A stretch of 57,635 nt of DNA, counting the filler, from Bipalium vagum (lineage: Eukaryota): assembly GCA_037834085.1 (NCBI GenBank). It is 3 parts of 3 records of this genome, joined end to end, with 100 filler letters (N's around TTAATTAATTAA, not from the genome) between each part and the next. Parts side by side here need not be neighbours in the genome. Positions count along the whole stretch, not along the records: positions 35,799 to 57,635 come from JBBMKC010231178.1; 2 more parts are not named here. One strand, written 5' to 3'. The position numbers and the translations under genes are program-made. Positions within the stretch are counted from its first letter, which is position 1. Each line of letters opens with the position of its first letter. Positions 54,248 to 57,635 of this stretch are shown here, piece by piece. The notes under the pieces were generated by a model, which was not told the DNA's origin, searched no databases, and was given only the letters and a program-made list of their open reading frames with translations.

Positions 54248-56295
54248 TGTTATCTGTTCTTTGATGTGCTTTTATAAAATGTATTTCTTAGATTCTTTAA
54301 ACATCAACCTACTTAAGACTGGTCATATAATTACATGTCTATCGACTTGAAATATATGAAAAAGACATCAGAATATTTGTAGGAAGAGCATTATAAGGTG
54401 ATGAAAAAAAGATTAAAGACTATACGTGCAAAGATTGGTAGTACGAAGATTTTTTAATACAAAGGAAAATACGTACTTGTACTAAATAAAATCTTGTACT
54501 TCAGATATTTGAGGAATTACCCCAATATTTTGTATCTTGAATGATTATCAGCAGTTAAAATTAACCTTTTTGTAATCTTAAGAAACCATTGATTAGAAAA
54601 TGAATGGTTGTGTATATAAATGAGGTGAGAAGAATTTTTGTTAATTACCTTAATAAATTCTAGATTGATTTTATAATTGTTATAATGGTTATTTAAAACT
54701 CATCTTATAATATACAAATGCATCTCAAGTGCTACCATAGAAAATTTCATACTTTGTGACAAGTAGTTTCTTGTTAAATTGGTCAGATAAAGTTGATTTT
54801 CAAAGGCGTATTTAATTTTTTATGGAAACTAGGCATCAAGTAATTTCCCTTTAATTTTCACAATTGTTTTAATTGATCTTAGATTGCAAATTATTGTAGT
54901 AGATCCAATCTACGTCAAACGTCACCAAACGTCGATGAAATTCATTTGAATTTAACCATTACTCAGAATTTTGCGTATGCCTGCATTTTTGTCTACTGTG
55001 GACAAGCCTTCTCTCTCTCGAATCTTTATGTAAATTTAAAAATGTTGATTCTATTGGTTTATATGTTAATTTTGGTCAGTTTTGTGCTACTTGATTTAGC
55101 AGTCATAAAGTCTCATTTCATAGATTTCTATAGTAAGTGTACATAAGTGTATATAATATTCATTAGGGTTTGATTGTGTTCGAAATCGTTCTCATCCATA
55201 AAAATAAAGTTTCAATAAATAATGTCTTCATTTTTGATAAATATTTTGTCATTATTGACAAACTCAAACGAAAAAAAAATATTTTAATTTTTTTTGTTTT
55301 AATGCATTCATTTTTATATTGAATGTAACTAATTTTTACAATTTTATAAAAACAATTTATTTTATTTAATTAATTTTAGCTGCGAGGTTTTTGAAAAAAC
55401 TACACAATGACAATAAATATAAATAATAGGTTTTTTCAATGTACGTGCATATAATACAATTTTTTAGAGGATTTTTATTTAAGTTAAATAAGTTTTTAAA
55501 TGGAATTCGTTGCTTTGAACAAAAAGAGAAACTATTAAAACTATTTATCAAAGTATTTTATAAATTAAAAACAATTGTGCTCTAAAAAGGTATTTATTTC
55601 GCTAAATCAAAAATAAAAAAAAAATTTTGTATTTAGAAAAAAATGTTCAATAAATATTTCCCAATTTATTTATTAATGAGTTTTATTGAACAAAAAATAA
55701 ATAAAATAACTTTGAAGGAATGATTTTATATCCAATAGTTGTTTTGTTTTAATGAGATAATCATTGGAACCATTTTTATTATGCTTAACCAAATTAATGT
55801 CAGATTATTATTAGTATTTAATTATTATTTCTTTTATAATACTTTCTAATGATAGAAGTCCGAAAACTTTTACTTTATCCAAAACTTCACACCTCCAAAT
55901 AATATTTGCTACAATTTGCTCTAAGATTCTTTTTACTGTTAAAACAAACCGTTGTCTCTTTATCCCATTATCGTTACAGTTCTTAAAATGTATCTTTTAT
56001 TTAACGTAATTTTATTATGTATAATATTGTAAACAAGGGGTGTTAAATTTCCGGTATAAGAAAAAATTGTAAAATAATTCTAAAACTTCATTTTTAAAGA
56101 AAACTTTTTATATATGAGTGTGATTAAGAAAATTACGTTTTTAACTGCAATCTTTGCTTAAATGAGGTTTTGATTTGGGAGTAATCCAATCTTTCATTGT
56201 TAAGTTAAGTACAATTAATTTTAGCATTATATTTTAAATGTCTAAGCCTCAAGCATCCCATGAACATCTTTGGGAAGATTATTATTCCCAATTTA

Positions 56296-57421
56296 TTAGG
56301 TATATGAATTAATACGGTTGGTTTATTTAAACGGAAAACTTTTTTCTGAAAAAACAAGTACACTAATCAAAATAATTTTCATAGTTTACTATTATTTTTT
56401 GTCAACTAACACGCCTTTCTTGGAATCATTGACGAATTCTTTCGAATTGATTAATTCATTGAGTCAAATTTTCTTTTTCTTCATAATTGTTGAAATGCTG
56501 CCTCGAAACCCCATCTGCCGTTGATGGAAACAAATGATAGTCTGTTTATGTGATACCAGATGAATACGGCAGATAAGATAAAAAATCAGAAACAGATTCT
56601 TCCTAAGAGGCAGTTACAGTCTTTGCAATATTTGGCCTACCATTATCGTGTATGAAGATAACTTGATCGGCTCTGTGCATATTTTCGATGCTTTTTTATC
56701 AATGGCTTGTTTAAATCTATCAATTGTGATTTTTAAGGTTTAGCAGTGACTTTCCTTTTCTTTTCACAACTCGTGATACACTAGACTCTTTTTATCACAT
56801 CATATACAAACCAATAATTTCTTGCAGTATATATATATATTTATCATTTTGTTGTAAGTAAGACTTCACACTTTTTCACATCTGTTTCTTTCTTTCAGCT
56901 CCAAAAGAAAACGTCTATTTAAATCTTTCCCAAAGCTTCCAAACACAGAAATTTTATTCTATCAATTTTTAATAATAATGTGACACATATTGTAATTTAC
57001 ACTGATCTTCATCAATTACAACCTAAAATTCATAGTTCTCAAACCTTTTAGGCTGACTTGAACAAGGTTTGTTATGATAATTGAAACCATTTGTCTTAAA
57101 ATGTCTAAACCAGTCTATGCAAGATTTATCGCTTAGAGCAATTTCATCATAAGCCTTAATGAGAATTTTATGAGCTTCAGTTGCTGTCTTTCTAATTGGA
57201 ATCAGAAAATTAGTTCTTCGTGGAAATTTGCCTGTTTGTGATTAAAATTTTCACAATTTTAATTGAGTCAAACAAAATGCTATTCTTACAATAATTAGCA
57301 AAACAAGTTATAAACACAACATTATTAAAATATTTCCATACCAAAAAATTAAAAAATTAAAAAATTAAAAAAATCAATATTTAATAAGCATAAAACTGAC
57401 TAGATTAATTCACATGCCTAA
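56296..57421 (-). mobile_element. Decayed near full-length mariner
   Basis: TA-flanked TIRs TTAGGTATATGAATTAAT / TTAGGCATGTGAATTAAT (16/18); minus-strand KTATEAH, VIFIHDNG, PYSS...TDYH. Confidence 0.8.
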
Positions 57422-57567
57422 TAAAATATGTAAAAAAAATTTGAAGTTATAATTAAAAATAAATAAACCATTTAAGTTATTTTAAAAAATTAAACAACCA
57501 ATTTGGAAATTAATATAGATTTTTAAGTTAATTTTATTGGCATTAAAAAATTATTAAAATAAAAATG

Positions 57568-57635
<68 letters not shown>
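57568..57635. repeat. (AAT)n microsatellite
   Basis: Perfect run to the window end. Confidence 0.95.

Overview
Very AT-rich eukaryotic genomic DNA. The repeat content and gene families suggest an invertebrate, most plausibly a planarian flatworm (inference, not provable here). Only two real protein-coding regions are visible, both on + and both long uninterrupted exons for single-pass cell-surface proteins: an LRR-Ig-TM (LIG-family) receptor at 16432-18009 and a 7-EC protocadherin at 22075-24828. Both show splice signals suggesting further exons. The rest is low-complexity sequence holding about 18 decayed Tc1/mariner/pogo elements (one near full length at 49441-50690 with 30-bp TIRs and TA TSDs), an LTR-like, hairpin-rich element just upstream of the protocadherin, a tRNA-derived fragment, (AAT)n microsatellites, one plain N gap and two artificial 100-bp N44-TTAATTAATTAA-N44 contig spacers. 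One spacer lies between the two genes, so their linkage is unproven. I cannot demonstrate a new biological system. The best lead is an LTR-like promoter/structured first exon that could splice into a protocadherin whose whole ectodomain lies in one 'variable-like' exon.
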